A DNA stretch of 31,760 bases from Candidatus Micrarchaeota archaeon (lineage in GTDB: Archaea; Micrarchaeota; Micrarchaeia; Norongarragalinales; SBBD01): positions 1-31,760 of the forward strand of contig JBDRLB010000007.1 of NCBI GenBank assembly GCA_043813365.1. Direction: 5' to 3'. Position numbers and translations under genes: made by a program. The notes under the pieces are model-generated. The model saw only the letters and a list, made by a program, of their open reading frames with translations. It did no database searches and had not been told where the DNA came from. Shown one piece after another: positions 19,652 through 28,206 of the stretch (its first letter is position 1; each line of letters starts with the position of its first letter).

Positions 19652-19710
19652 GAGGCGCCAAAATTAGTTTTCTTTTAGTGAAGTTTTTCTTTCCCTAAAA
19701 GAAAAAGTTC
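19652..19710 (+). repeat. Hairpin repeat copy in the tRNA leader, ending at tRNA position -1
   Basis: GAGGCGC..TTTTCTTTTAGTGAAGTTTTTCTTTCCCTAAAAGAAAAAGTTC, an inverted homolog of intron 19751-19800. Confidence 0.7.
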
Positions 19711-19879
19711 GCAGGGATGCCGGAGCCTGGTCAAACGGGATGGACTCAAGGAACCTCTTTTCTTATGAAGAAAAGACGTTCACGAGAAAAGAAGCGCCTC
19801 GCAAACAAGTTGTTCGGCGCATTTTTTGGGAGATCCATTAGCCTCAGGGCTTGCGTGGGTTCAAATCCCTCTCCCTGCA
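19711..19879 (+). tRNA. tRNA-Leu(CAA) with 82-nt intron at canonical 37/38 (19751-19832); CCA not encoded
   Basis: Acceptor GCAGGGA/TCCCTGC plus A73; anticodon stem ATGGA/TCCAT; CAA at 19747-19749; variable arm AGCC/GGCT; TTCAAAT T-loop; BHB central helix CTCA/TGGG with AGA bulge. Confidence 0.93.
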
Positions 19880-19900
19880 TAATACTTCAACGGTGGATGA

Positions 19901-20383
19901 ATGTTATATATTTCAACAGGCAGGAAGCCCTCCGTCACAACAAGGAAACTCGCAAGACTGCTCTCGCTCATTCTAAATGCGAAATACGAGAACCGCGGGA
20001 AGCGCTCAGTTGATGATGTATGTGAAAGGGCGGAAAAATCCGGCTGCTCAAGGATCGCCTTCATCTATGAAAAGAAGGGCAACCCTTCCTCAATCCAATT
20101 TTTCGATTCGGAAAAGGGCTGGTTGAAGGAGGAGTTTATAATTGCCGGGGTGGTTGTTCCGGAATTTGAAAAACGGAAAAGGATTCCGCAGCAAATGGAA
20201 GTTAAATCTGATGATGAAAATGGCAAAAAAATAATCCGCCTTCTCGGTTTGGAGGAATCCGACGAATTCCCCTCCCCTCTTCATGGCATATTCTCGGGCA
20301 GGGGAATGGAATTCCTTCTGAACAATGAAAAAATCCTCTTCCTAAAGGGAAAACTAATCGAATCTCCTAAAACGCACGACTAG
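19901..20383 (+). CDS. Brix-domain ribosome biogenesis protein (archaeal Imp4-like)
   Basis: ISTGRKPSVTTR, NRGKRS, EKKGNPS motifs. Confidence 0.85.
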   Translation: MLYISTGRKPSVTTRKLARLLSLILNAKYENRGKRSVDDVCERAEKSGCSRIAFIYEKKGNPSSIQFFDSEKGWLKEEFIIAGVVVPEFEKRKRIPQQMEVKSDDENGKKIIRLLGLEESDEFPSPLHGIFSGRGMEFLLNNEKILFLKGKLIESPKTHD

Positions 20384-23300
20384 AACACTTCCCAAAATCA
20401 CAACAAACATCAGTACTGCATAATAACTGTTCTCTGGAAATGAGGGAATCGAAAGGTTGGTGCCTCCAGCCCCACCACCTGCTCCTGTTCTCGCATAAGT
20501 GTACAGATTGTCCGCAGGGATTCCCCTTGTCCCATCGGGCGTATTATACAGGCTCAGCCCCCTCTTCGCAAAGTCCTGGTTCCAGTTGATGTCCTGCCCA
20601 TTGAGCGCATACCACAATCCAGTGCGCGGATCAAATGCTATCATCCCTCCCATTCCTTTTGCCGCAATAAGGGCAGCAAGTTCCGCAAGCCCATTGGGGC
20701 CGTTCGCAGTAAGCCACGGCTGGCCGTTCTGCATATCTATTTTGAACCTGAACTCCCCTTGATCGGTCGGGACGATTATCTCATTCCCCTCCTTCCTTAC
20801 AGGCCCGTTAATCTTGTAATCATTCGATTCGCCGGTAGTCTTATCGAGCACGGTCAGAATTGGGTTTCCGTTCGCATCCGTCCCGAATGTGAATTTCTTG
20901 TTGTCCGTCTCAAGCACCTGGAAGCCGCCGAGGTTGCCATTCGCATCGGTTTGCACCTCCTTAAGCGCCTCCCTCATTTCCGCTCCCTCCTTCTCAGCGC
21001 CCACCTTCTCCTGCACATCCGTTATCGCAATTGCCGGCACAGAATTTCCATTGCTGTCCTTATTCGTCCTTACTGCAGTTGATATGCTCTTGATGGAATC
21101 TCCCGCCTTGTTCTTTGCAAGTATATAAAGCGCAACAACAAGCCGTTTCCCAGCTTCATCAAATTCGATTTTCCCTCTTTCAGTGATGATTGCAAGCAGC
21201 TTCCCTGCGCTGACGCTGTCCATATCCTCGCTGTTCTTGATGTTCCCCTTGATCTTCACTTCGCCGTTGCCCATTATGGAAATGTAGTTGTTTTTGAAAG
21301 CGCTCAAATCCTTCTCCTCCGTTGCCTCCAAACTCGGCGCTTGCACTTCTATCCCGATTGTATCATTCTCCCCTTCTTCCTCCGCAACTCCCCTGATGAA
21401 CCTTACTCTCCCGCCATCAGCAGAAATCCTCCCATCGGTAGTGTAAACCGCGAGCACATCCCCAAAACCAGATGCTGTAAGGTCATTCGTTGCGCTGATT
21501 TTCATCTGCTTCAGCTGCTGCCTTAAGCACTGGGTGGTTGTGCAACTGTCATCTGAAATTATAAGCGATCCGCCCCTTCTCCCTTTCTCCAAAGTGGGCT
21601 GCACCTGCAAAATCTCATTCTCGGAGCAAGTGTTGTCCAAACCTGCAGAAATGATCCTGTTGGGCACCAGCGTTCTTGCAAGGTCTTGCATCATCAATGA
21701 AAGCAATCCGCGGTCCTTGCTCGTTGATAATTTGATGCTCTTTCCACTCGTTTTGTCAGTGTAAGTTACCCCTGTTGCATCCGCGCAAACATACCCATCC
21801 TTCGAATCATAGCATTCCCTGAAGCAGCCATTCTTTGCCAATTTATCATAAACGCCAAACCATTGCGAGGTTGCACCATCCAGATGCAAATAATACAGAT
21901 CCTGCGGGCTTATTTGCCCGTAAGAGTTCTCCAAAAATGCCCTCAAATTAAGTAATTCGGAGAGCGACTTCTCCTCGATTTTCTCCCCGATCCCGCCAAT
22001 CAGGCCCGTAAGGTTCAGGTCTTTTCCCAGATTTTTCAGGTCGCTAAGTTTCTGATCCATATTCTGCCCGGAAGTCCCGCCTGCGATTTTCTGGTAAGCA
22101 ACTATTTTGTATTTCGTGTCCTTGCAAAGCGAAACATATTCCATTCCCTGAGAGGCAACAACTGTTTTTCCTAATTGAATGGGGTCGATCAGCACCATCG
22201 CCTGATAAAGGTTTCTTAGCGCTTTTTCACTCCCCGTAAGGCCTTTTTTTAAGAGACCGCTATCTTCCTTCACAGCCGTCTTGAGGCTATTGTATGTTTT
22301 TTCAACTTCCGTAAATTTTGGTGTCAATGCCTGCTCCGCCCTGACTGCCTGATTCCATTCCAATAGCGCTTGCTGGGCTTGGACTGACTGTGGGCTTAGC
22401 TGGGATTCCCTGGTATATGTGTTAAATTTGCTGAGGGTTAGCTTTTGTGCATCCTTGAAGGGTTCGCTGACTGCCTTAAGTTCCGTTTCAGCAAGGGTAA
22501 GTTCCTTCCTCATTGCCGGCGTCACCTTCCCGAACCAACTTTCAGTTTTTCCGGCAGCTGCCCCTTTTTCAACGAGCCTGATCAGGACCTTGTTCTTGAA
22601 TGCGGATCCGAGAAATTGCAGTAGTCCCTGCGACGGCATAAATACCGCTCCAGTCGACTGGAGAATTGAAACCCCCGTAAGAACTTTGAACCAGTCGAGA
22701 TAATTATCCACTTTTTCTTCATCGCACATCTCATCCTTCTTGAAATTCACCGGATCGACCAGATGAGTTACTGCAAGGTCGAATGTGCCTAGCCGGATGA
22801 GCGCCGCAATCGGAACCGTCAAATATTGTGAAGTTGTCCCCCTGAACACTACAAATCCTACTAACGGAGAGAGCACCTGAAGGGCACGGAAATAGTCGCC
22901 AAGGCTCTCCTTCGAATTCATCGTCGTACCCAAATCCAGGTTGTTGCTATACATTGCCAAACTGGTATACTCCGGCTGGTATTTCACGTCTTCAAACAAC
23001 GATGTCTCTGATCTGCCTTTCCAATCGATGTTGACATTCCATCTATCTGCCGCTTTTTGTATGCTGGTGACGCTGCTCGAAGGCGCCGTATCCTCCGATG
23101 CTTCCCTTGCAAGCATGTATACTTTTCCAACATCAAATGCTTTTCTGGGCGCTCCAGCTTCAAGGAAATTTGAAACCCAATCTGTGATAATTCCAGAGCC
23201 CATGAAATCAGTTGCCTTCCGGAAATCCTTCAGGTATGCGTTGTTGTTCACGTAAATTTGCAGGTAATTGTCCTTCAGCGCCTTGTCATTCGTTGCAAGG

Positions 23301-24553
23301 GAAGATAGCATTACTTGGTTGGACGCGGAAAGTGCTACCCTCGCGGCTCCCATCCAGCCAAGCCCGAAGATGAAAATTGACATCGGCCGCAATTTATAGA
23401 TGGATGTTTCGAATTCAAGGTTCCTGATATTAATGTCGTCCAGGGCGATTTTTTTATCGAGATCCAATCCCCTTTCCAATAATTCCTCGTTTTTCGCACT
23501 TGTTGAGCCAAACGATCCCTGCCTTAGCTGTGAAAGCCTGTTGTATTGCTGGTTGTTATCTCCGTGTGTCCTTATCAATCCCTGAACTCCTTCCTTTGAA
23601 AACATCACAGATACTGTGCCCGCAAGCGCAAAGAACATTTCCGCCTGCGACCATGAACCCACCGTGTTAATGTATTTCTCATACATGCTCGGTATTATCA
23701 TGGAACCGGAATAGCTGTTCAGGACGGCAAGCGTCTGAGTTGCGGTGATGTGCTGCGGCTTCTTCACAACCGTCTTGCTCTCATCGAACCCCACATATAG
23801 GTCGCTGTCGAGCAGCGCCTGGAACGACACTTTCCCTGCAATGAAATTCCTGTCCAGCATGCACGCATCCTTCTTGTCCTGCGGCTGCACCTTCATCAGC
23901 TCCGCAAGTGCAACGCTCTTCCCATTGGGAAGCACCACTTTGTAATTCTCATATTCCGGAGTTGGTATTTGGCCTGCAGTTGAAATTCCAAGCGACTTGA
24001 TCAGGTTGCTCCCCCCTCCGGGCTGCCTTGCTGCAATTGCCTTCACCTGCTCCATAGTCAATTTCCCATTATTGGGGTCAATATTGAACTCCTTCGCGAG
24101 CTCCTCCCTTTGCTCATCCTCATATTCCAGCAGGGACGCAACTGACCTAATGTCATATGTAGGCGGATCGTTCAGGTTGATGTTTATTTGTATCTGCTGC
24201 GCTGCCTTGTTGGTGGGATCGTTCTTCAATAACGCCTCATCACTCAATGTTGAAATCTGCTCCGCCTGGAATTTCGCTAATTTTTGCTGGTACGCCTCCA
24301 CTTCAGCTGCATCCATTGCAGATGCAGTGCAAGTGCCCTCATAATCGAATTCCGGCTCCGGAGAAGGGGAAGCATCCGCGAAATTGATTATATTGGGGGC
24401 CGTTCGGGCCTTTACCGCAATTGCACCCCTGCTTTCATCATCATTGTAGTAATTGTAATAGGAATACGCGTGGCTTAGCGGGATGAAAATCTGCACGAAG
24501 AGCAATGCAATGACCGCAATTGGAAAAACCTGCAGGGTGTTCTGGTTTTTCAT
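20354..24553 (-). CDS. 1399-aa secreted or surface protein with internal hydrophobic helices and C-terminal anchor
   Basis: Signal peptide ending SHA; internal hydrophobic segments; Cys-containing C-terminal half; Gly linker, IPSFPE, TM, RFRR. Confidence 0.8.
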   Translation of the reverse strand: MKNQNTLQVFPIAVIALLFVQIFIPLSHAYSYYNYYNDDESRGAIAVKARTAPNIINFADASPSPEPEFDYEGTCTASAMDAAEVEAYQQKLAKFQAEQISTLSDEALLKNDPTNKAAQQIQININLNDPPTYDIRSVASLLEYEDEQREELAKEFNIDPNNGKLTMEQVKAIAARQPGGGSNLIKSLGISTAGQIPTPEYENYKVVLPNGKSVALAELMKVQPQDKKDACMLDRNFIAGKVSFQALLDSDLYVGFDESKTVVKKPQHITATQTLAVLNSYSGSMIIPSMYEKYINTVGSWSQAEMFFALAGTVSVMFSKEGVQGLIRTHGDNNQQYNRLSQLRQGSFGSTSAKNEELLERGLDLDKKIALDDINIRNLEFETSIYKLRPMSIFIFGLGWMGAARVALSASNQVMLSSLATNDKALKDNYLQIYVNNNAYLKDFRKATDFMGSGIITDWVSNFLEAGAPRKAFDVGKVYMLAREASEDTAPSSSVTSIQKAADRWNVNIDWKGRSETSLFEDVKYQPEYTSLAMYSNNLDLGTTMNSKESLGDYFRALQVLSPLVGFVVFRGTTSQYLTVPIAALIRLGTFDLAVTHLVDPVNFKKDEMCDEEKVDNYLDWFKVLTGVSILQSTGAVFMPSQGLLQFLGSAFKNKVLIRLVEKGAAAGKTESWFGKVTPAMRKELTLAETELKAVSEPFKDAQKLTLSKFNTYTRESQLSPQSVQAQQALLEWNQAVRAEQALTPKFTEVEKTYNSLKTAVKEDSGLLKKGLTGSEKALRNLYQAMVLIDPIQLGKTVVASQGMEYVSLCKDTKYKIVAYQKIAGGTSGQNMDQKLSDLKNLGKDLNLTGLIGGIGEKIEEKSLSELLNLRAFLENSYGQISPQDLYYLHLDGATSQWFGVYDKLAKNGCFRECYDSKDGYVCADATGVTYTDKTSGKSIKLSTSKDRGLLSLMMQDLARTLVPNRIISAGLDNTCSENEILQVQPTLEKGRRGGSLIISDDSCTTTQCLRQQLKQMKISATNDLTASGFGDVLAVYTTDGRISADGGRVRFIRGVAEEEGENDTIGIEVQAPSLEATEEKDLSAFKNNYISIMGNGEVKIKGNIKNSEDMDSVSAGKLLAIITERGKIEFDEAGKRLVVALYILAKNKAGDSIKSISTAVRTNKDSNGNSVPAIAITDVQEKVGAEKEGAEMREALKEVQTDANGNLGGFQVLETDNKKFTFGTDANGNPILTVLDKTTGESNDYKINGPVRKEGNEIIVPTDQGEFRFKIDMQNGQPWLTANGPNGLAELAALIAAKGMGGMIAFDPRTGLWYALNGQDINWNQDFAKRGLSLYNTPDGTRGIPADNLYTYARTGAGGGAGGTNLSIPSFPENSYYAVLMFVVILGSVLVVRFRRFD

Positions 24554-24770
24554 GAGAAAAGATACCCTCTTTCACCTTAAAAATCTTAGTAGATGATGAA
24601 AATGGTTGAAAATAGCGATGCCCGCACGGTGAAATTCCGGAAAATCGCCGCATTTTGACTTTTGCGCCGGTTCCCCTCCTTGTGGAATATGCTTTTAAAA
24701 CCGTTTGTGCCTTTAATTAACGTCTAAAACTGCTGATTCTATTCGGCAATAAGTGGGTGGGTGAGTCACT

Positions 24771-25865
24771 ATGGAAAGTATCGTATCGGATGCCCTGAAG
24801 CATACAAACAAGAAGATCGAAGGCGAGGAGTTCTTTGAAACCCCGCGCATCATGGTCGTTGGGACCGGCGGAGGAGGATGCAATTCCGTCAACAGGCTTG
24901 CGCGTTCCGGCATCAAGGGCGCCGAACTCGTTGCAATCAACACCGACAGGATGCACCTTACGATGATCAGCGAATCAGTAAAGAAAATACTCATCGGAGC
25001 TTCCATCACTAGGGGGCTAGGGGCAGGCGGATACCCTGAAGTAGGCGCAAAATGCGCCGATGTTTCAAGGGATGCGTTGGACAAGCTCCTCTCCGGAGCA
25101 GATCTCGTATTCCTTACATGCGGAATGGGCGGCGGCACAGGAACCGGTTCTGCACCTATCATCGCTGAATTGGCGAAGAAGCAGGGCGCAATTGTCATTG
25201 CAATAGTCACCTACCCCTTCGCACTTGAGCGCGCGAGGCTGGAAAAGGCGGATGCCGGCTTGGAGGCCCTCAAGGCGCAGGCTGACACCATCATTGTAAT
25301 TGACAACAACCGCTTGGTGCAGATTGTCCCCAATTTGCCAATTGACCAGGCATTCAACGTCGCGGATGAGGTAATTGCACGTGCAGTGCGCGGAATTACA
25401 GAGACCATTACCACTCCCTCATTAATCAACCTCGATTTTGCGGATGTGCGCGCAATCATGAGCAACGGCGGAGTTTCAATGATCGCTGTCGGGGAAGCAA
25501 AAGGCACCGGACGCTCTGAAGAAGTTGTGAACAACACGCTCAACCATGCGCTTTTGGATGTTGATTACACCGGCGCAACCGGAGTGCTGCTCCACATTAC
25601 CGGAGGGCCCGACATGACCCTCGGGGAATGCAACCAGGTGGGAACCGCATTGACCGAAAGAGTCGATCCGAACGCAACTGTCATCTGGGGAGCAAGGCTT
25701 GACCCTGCTTTTGAAGGAAAAATCGAGGCCATTGCGATCTTCACGGGCATCCAGTCGCCATACGTTCTTGGAAAGTCAGGCTCCCAGAAGAACTGGAGCA
25801 TGGGCCCGGGCTCTTCCATGGGTTCCTCCTCAACAAGGCCGGTGGATGACATCGAGTTCATTTAG
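24771..25865 (+). CDS. ftsZ: Cell division GTPase FtsZ, archaeal FtsZ2-like
   Basis: GMGGGTGTG, NLDFADV; PFALERAR, DNNRL, LLDVDYTGATG, LHITGGPD are FtsZ2-type; GGTGAG RBS. Confidence 0.96.
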   Translation: MESIVSDALKHTNKKIEGEEFFETPRIMVVGTGGGGCNSVNRLARSGIKGAELVAINTDRMHLTMISESVKKILIGASITRGLGAGGYPEVGAKCADVSRDALDKLLSGADLVFLTCGMGGGTGTGSAPIIAELAKKQGAIVIAIVTYPFALERARLEKADAGLEALKAQADTIIVIDNNRLVQIVPNLPIDQAFNVADEVIARAVRGITETITTPSLINLDFADVRAIMSNGGVSMIAVGEAKGTGRSEEVVNNTLNHALLDVDYTGATGVLLHITGGPDMTLGECNQVGTALTERVDPNATVIWGARLDPAFEGKIEAIAIFTGIQSPYVLGKSGSQKNWSMGPGSSMGSSSTRPVDDIEFI

Positions 25866-25867
25866 AT

Positions 25868-25950
25868 GACCAACCCAAGGGGGTGACTCCCTTAGTTTGG
25901 TCGGATGCTCAAACCCCCCGAGCATATTTTTATCTTTTCATTCTTTTTTC
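25868..25950 (+). terminator. Two hairpins and a T-rich tract after ftsZ2
   Basis: Stem 25868-25902; ATGCTC/GAGCAT stem 25905-25925; then TTTTTATCTTTTCATTCTTTTTTC. Confidence 0.55.
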
Positions 25951-25971
25951 ATGTTGCCCAGAGGTTCTCCT

Positions 25972-26754
25972 ATGCGCAAGTACCTTAGAATTGACAGTTA
26001 CCGTTTGATGCTGATTGGCGGCTTTACGGGCTTCCTAAGCGCCCTTCTTGGCGTGGGCGGCGGCTTCATCCTGATCCCGCTCCTTATAGTTTATTCCGGC
26101 TACAAGATGACTTCCGTTGCGAAAGTCTCCCTTCTGGTGACGTTCTCAATTGCCTTCATGGGGGCTTTAACGAATTTCATCCTTAACGAGTTCCTGATCG
26201 ATCTCGACATAGTTGCATTTGTAATTATCGGCGCTTTGCCGGGCTCCTGGCTGGGCTCCAAACTGGCACATTCGCTCGACCACAAGTCGCTTGTAAGGCT
26301 TTTTTCAATTCTGCTTTTCTTCATGGGCGTGAAGATGCTCGGCCTGCTCTCCTTATCATTGCCCCTCTCCGTCCCTGCTAGCGGGATGTCGTTTGCCATT
26401 TTGGGTTTCTTTTCCGGAATGCTTTCGGGGCTTTTCGGCATAGGCGGAGGCGTAATACTCGTCCCCAGCCTCACTATCTTTTTCGGGCTGGGCATACATG
26501 CAGCCATTGCGACATCACTGGCTTCGATAATCCCAATAGTGCTTTTCAGCCTGTTTTTCCATAGGAAGGGAAACTGGCCCGGGTCTGCAGACCTCAAAAG
26601 GATCGTTCCTGCAGCAGTTCTCGGTGCAGCAACTGGCGCACTGGTTTCTACAAACCTCCAGCCCGGGCTTCTGGAGGCATTGTTCGGCGTGATCCTAATA
26701 GTATATTCCGGCAGGCTTTTCGTGCACGCGCCCGATGAAGAGAAAACCACCTGA
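25972..26754 (+). CDS. TauE/SafE (TSUP) family permease
   Basis: Duplicated GVGGGFILIP and GIGGGVILVP motifs, AIATSL; GAGGT RBS before ATG 25972. Confidence 0.9.
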   Translation: MRKYLRIDSYRLMLIGGFTGFLSALLGVGGGFILIPLLIVYSGYKMTSVAKVSLLVTFSIAFMGALTNFILNEFLIDLDIVAFVIIGALPGSWLGSKLAHSLDHKSLVRLFSILLFFMGVKMLGLLSLSLPLSVPASGMSFAILGFFSGMLSGLFGIGGGVILVPSLTIFFGLGIHAAIATSLASIIPIVLFSLFFHRKGNWPGSADLKRIVPAAVLGAATGALVSTNLQPGLLEALFGVILIVYSGRLFVHAPDEEKTT

Positions 26755-26777
26755 ACGCATGCCTGTGGATATTTAAT

Positions 26778-27491
26778 TTAACCGGGCCCATTTCCGCGCA
26801 TTCGCCTTGGCTGGGGCCTGTTTGCCGGCTCTTCCCTCACTCCATACCGTTTTTCCAGGAAATTCCTCATCGAATCTGCCGGCCTTTCCGTTGCAGGGAA
26901 AAAGTCGTATGGATTTAACGGCGGCAGCTTTGTCTCCCCCTTCCGTTCAGCATAGCTATGCGACCTCACAAGTTCGAGCATTTCCTCGTGGCGTTCCATC
27001 CGATTGAAAAATCTACTGATTTTCTCGTGCCATCTATCCTTCCGTATGACCCTGCTGATGGTTTCCGCATCCAATCCCTTAAATTGTTCTGACAATCCCC
27101 TGATCCGGAGTGCATGGTTGTAGGCTCTCAAATCCCTCTGGGCGGGCTCGATGGGAAGCCGCCTTAGGAGGTTCATACGATTTGCTGATGCCGGATGCTT
27201 CATGAGGCTGATCAACTCTTCAGGCGTGAGTGCCGTATCGGGAGTTTTCCCAAGCGCCAACAAGTGCCGCATCTGAAGTTCAGTGAGGCCGTATCGCAGC
27301 CCCACGCGGCCCGCACTTTGCCTTATCTTATCCGAGGAGAATTCAATTCCCCTGTTCTGGTAATAGTTGCGGACGAGCCTTTCGTATTTGGCATCCATCC
27401 GGTGATTGTAGAACATCTGATTGGCGGTCAGTAAAAGCAATGCCCCTGCCGCCCCTACCCCCACAGCCCGCTTGAATGTTTTCATCCTCAT
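26778..27491 (-). CDS. Hypothetical Arg-rich protein with N-terminal hydrophobic helix
   Basis: 237-aa ORF with ATGA overlap on the HAD gene stop; AVGVGAAGALLLLTA segment. Confidence 0.65.
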   Translation of the reverse strand: MRMKTFKRAVGVGAAGALLLLTANQMFYNHRMDAKYERLVRNYYQNRGIEFSSDKIRQSAGRVGLRYGLTELQMRHLLALGKTPDTALTPEELISLMKHPASANRMNLLRRLPIEPAQRDLRAYNHALRIRGLSEQFKGLDAETISRVIRKDRWHEKISRFFNRMERHEEMLELVRSHSYAERKGETKLPPLNPYDFFPATERPADSMRNFLEKRYGVREEPANRPQPRRMRGNGPG

Positions 27492-28129
27492 TTTTCGTTT
27501 ACCCTATTACTAAATTCGAGCAAATTATTAACTACCTTGCCCTTCCCGCCTTTGCAGCTCCTATCCAGGAAATATGCTTCAATCCCCACCTTCCTTGCAG
27601 CAATGTAATCGAATTCGTAATCATCCCCGATGTGGATCAAATCGGAAGGTTTTATTTTCATTTTCCTGCAAACCTCCAAATACCCTTTCGAATCGCCCTT
27701 TATGCACTTGAAATCAGTAGTGGTTGAAAAAACCGCATCGAAATACTTCTCCAAATGCTCAACTCTCAATTTGAAATCGATGAACTCCCTTGTTGCATTG
27801 GAGATCACGATCAGCCTGTATTTTTTCCTCAGTTTTTCGAGCGCAGGGATGGTGTCGGGGTAAAGCCTGATCAGGTGGCTGCTCCTCCGCAATATTTTAT
27901 TGTAATCCCTGTCCAATCCCAGCTCCCCCAGCCAGAATTTGATGTCGTACCATTTGGCATCCTTGTTCCCGACGTATTCGTAAGCGGAAAATACGGCTTT
28001 CTTAGCGGTTTCCAGACCCAGCCTGTTCTTTTCCGCAAACAATCGCGGGATCTCCTCCAGCCACACCGCCTTCTCGAAATTCAAATCGGCCAGAGTGCCG
28101 TCGAGGTCGAAGGAAATGGTTTTTTTCAT
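27488..28129 (-). CDS. HAD superfamily hydrolase
   Basis: FDLDGTL, ISN, K, HIGDDYEFD motifs; start at MKKTISF. Confidence 0.92.
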   Translation of the reverse strand: MKKTISFDLDGTLADLNFEKAVWLEEIPRLFAEKNRLGLETAKKAVFSAYEYVGNKDAKWYDIKFWLGELGLDRDYNKILRRSSHLIRLYPDTIPALEKLRKKYRLIVISNATREFIDFKLRVEHLEKYFDAVFSTTTDFKCIKGDSKGYLEVCRKMKIKPSDLIHIGDDYEFDYIAARKVGIEAYFLDRSCKGGKGKVVNNLLEFSNRVNEK

Positions 28130-28141
28130 GAATCCGCAACT

Positions 28142-28205
28142 CAAATTGTTTTCTTTCCGGCGGAGCCACCGCCGCTTTCTTTTCTGAAAAGAAAGGGGCA
28201 AGGCA
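28142..28205 (+). repeat. Hairpin repeat copy between pyrI and the HAD gene
   Basis: CAAATTGTTTTCTTT, CGGCGG/CCGCCG stem, CTTTCTTTT-CTG-AAAAGAAAG stem, GGGGCAAGGCA end. Confidence 0.65.
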
Positions 28206-28206
28206 T

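Noticed and set aside
19717..20013. 98-aa ORF
   Set aside because: Runs through the tRNA gene and overlaps the Brix gene out of frame
24627..24650. Imperfect palindrome (18 of 24) between the giant gene and ftsZ2
   Set aside because: Single copy with no supporting evidence; may be an operator but cannot be supported
27128..27139. 12-nt match (TCAAATCCCTCT) to the tRNA 3' region as a possible att site
   Set aside because: Short, inside an ORF, would enclose ftsZ2, and there is no integrase; plausible by chance
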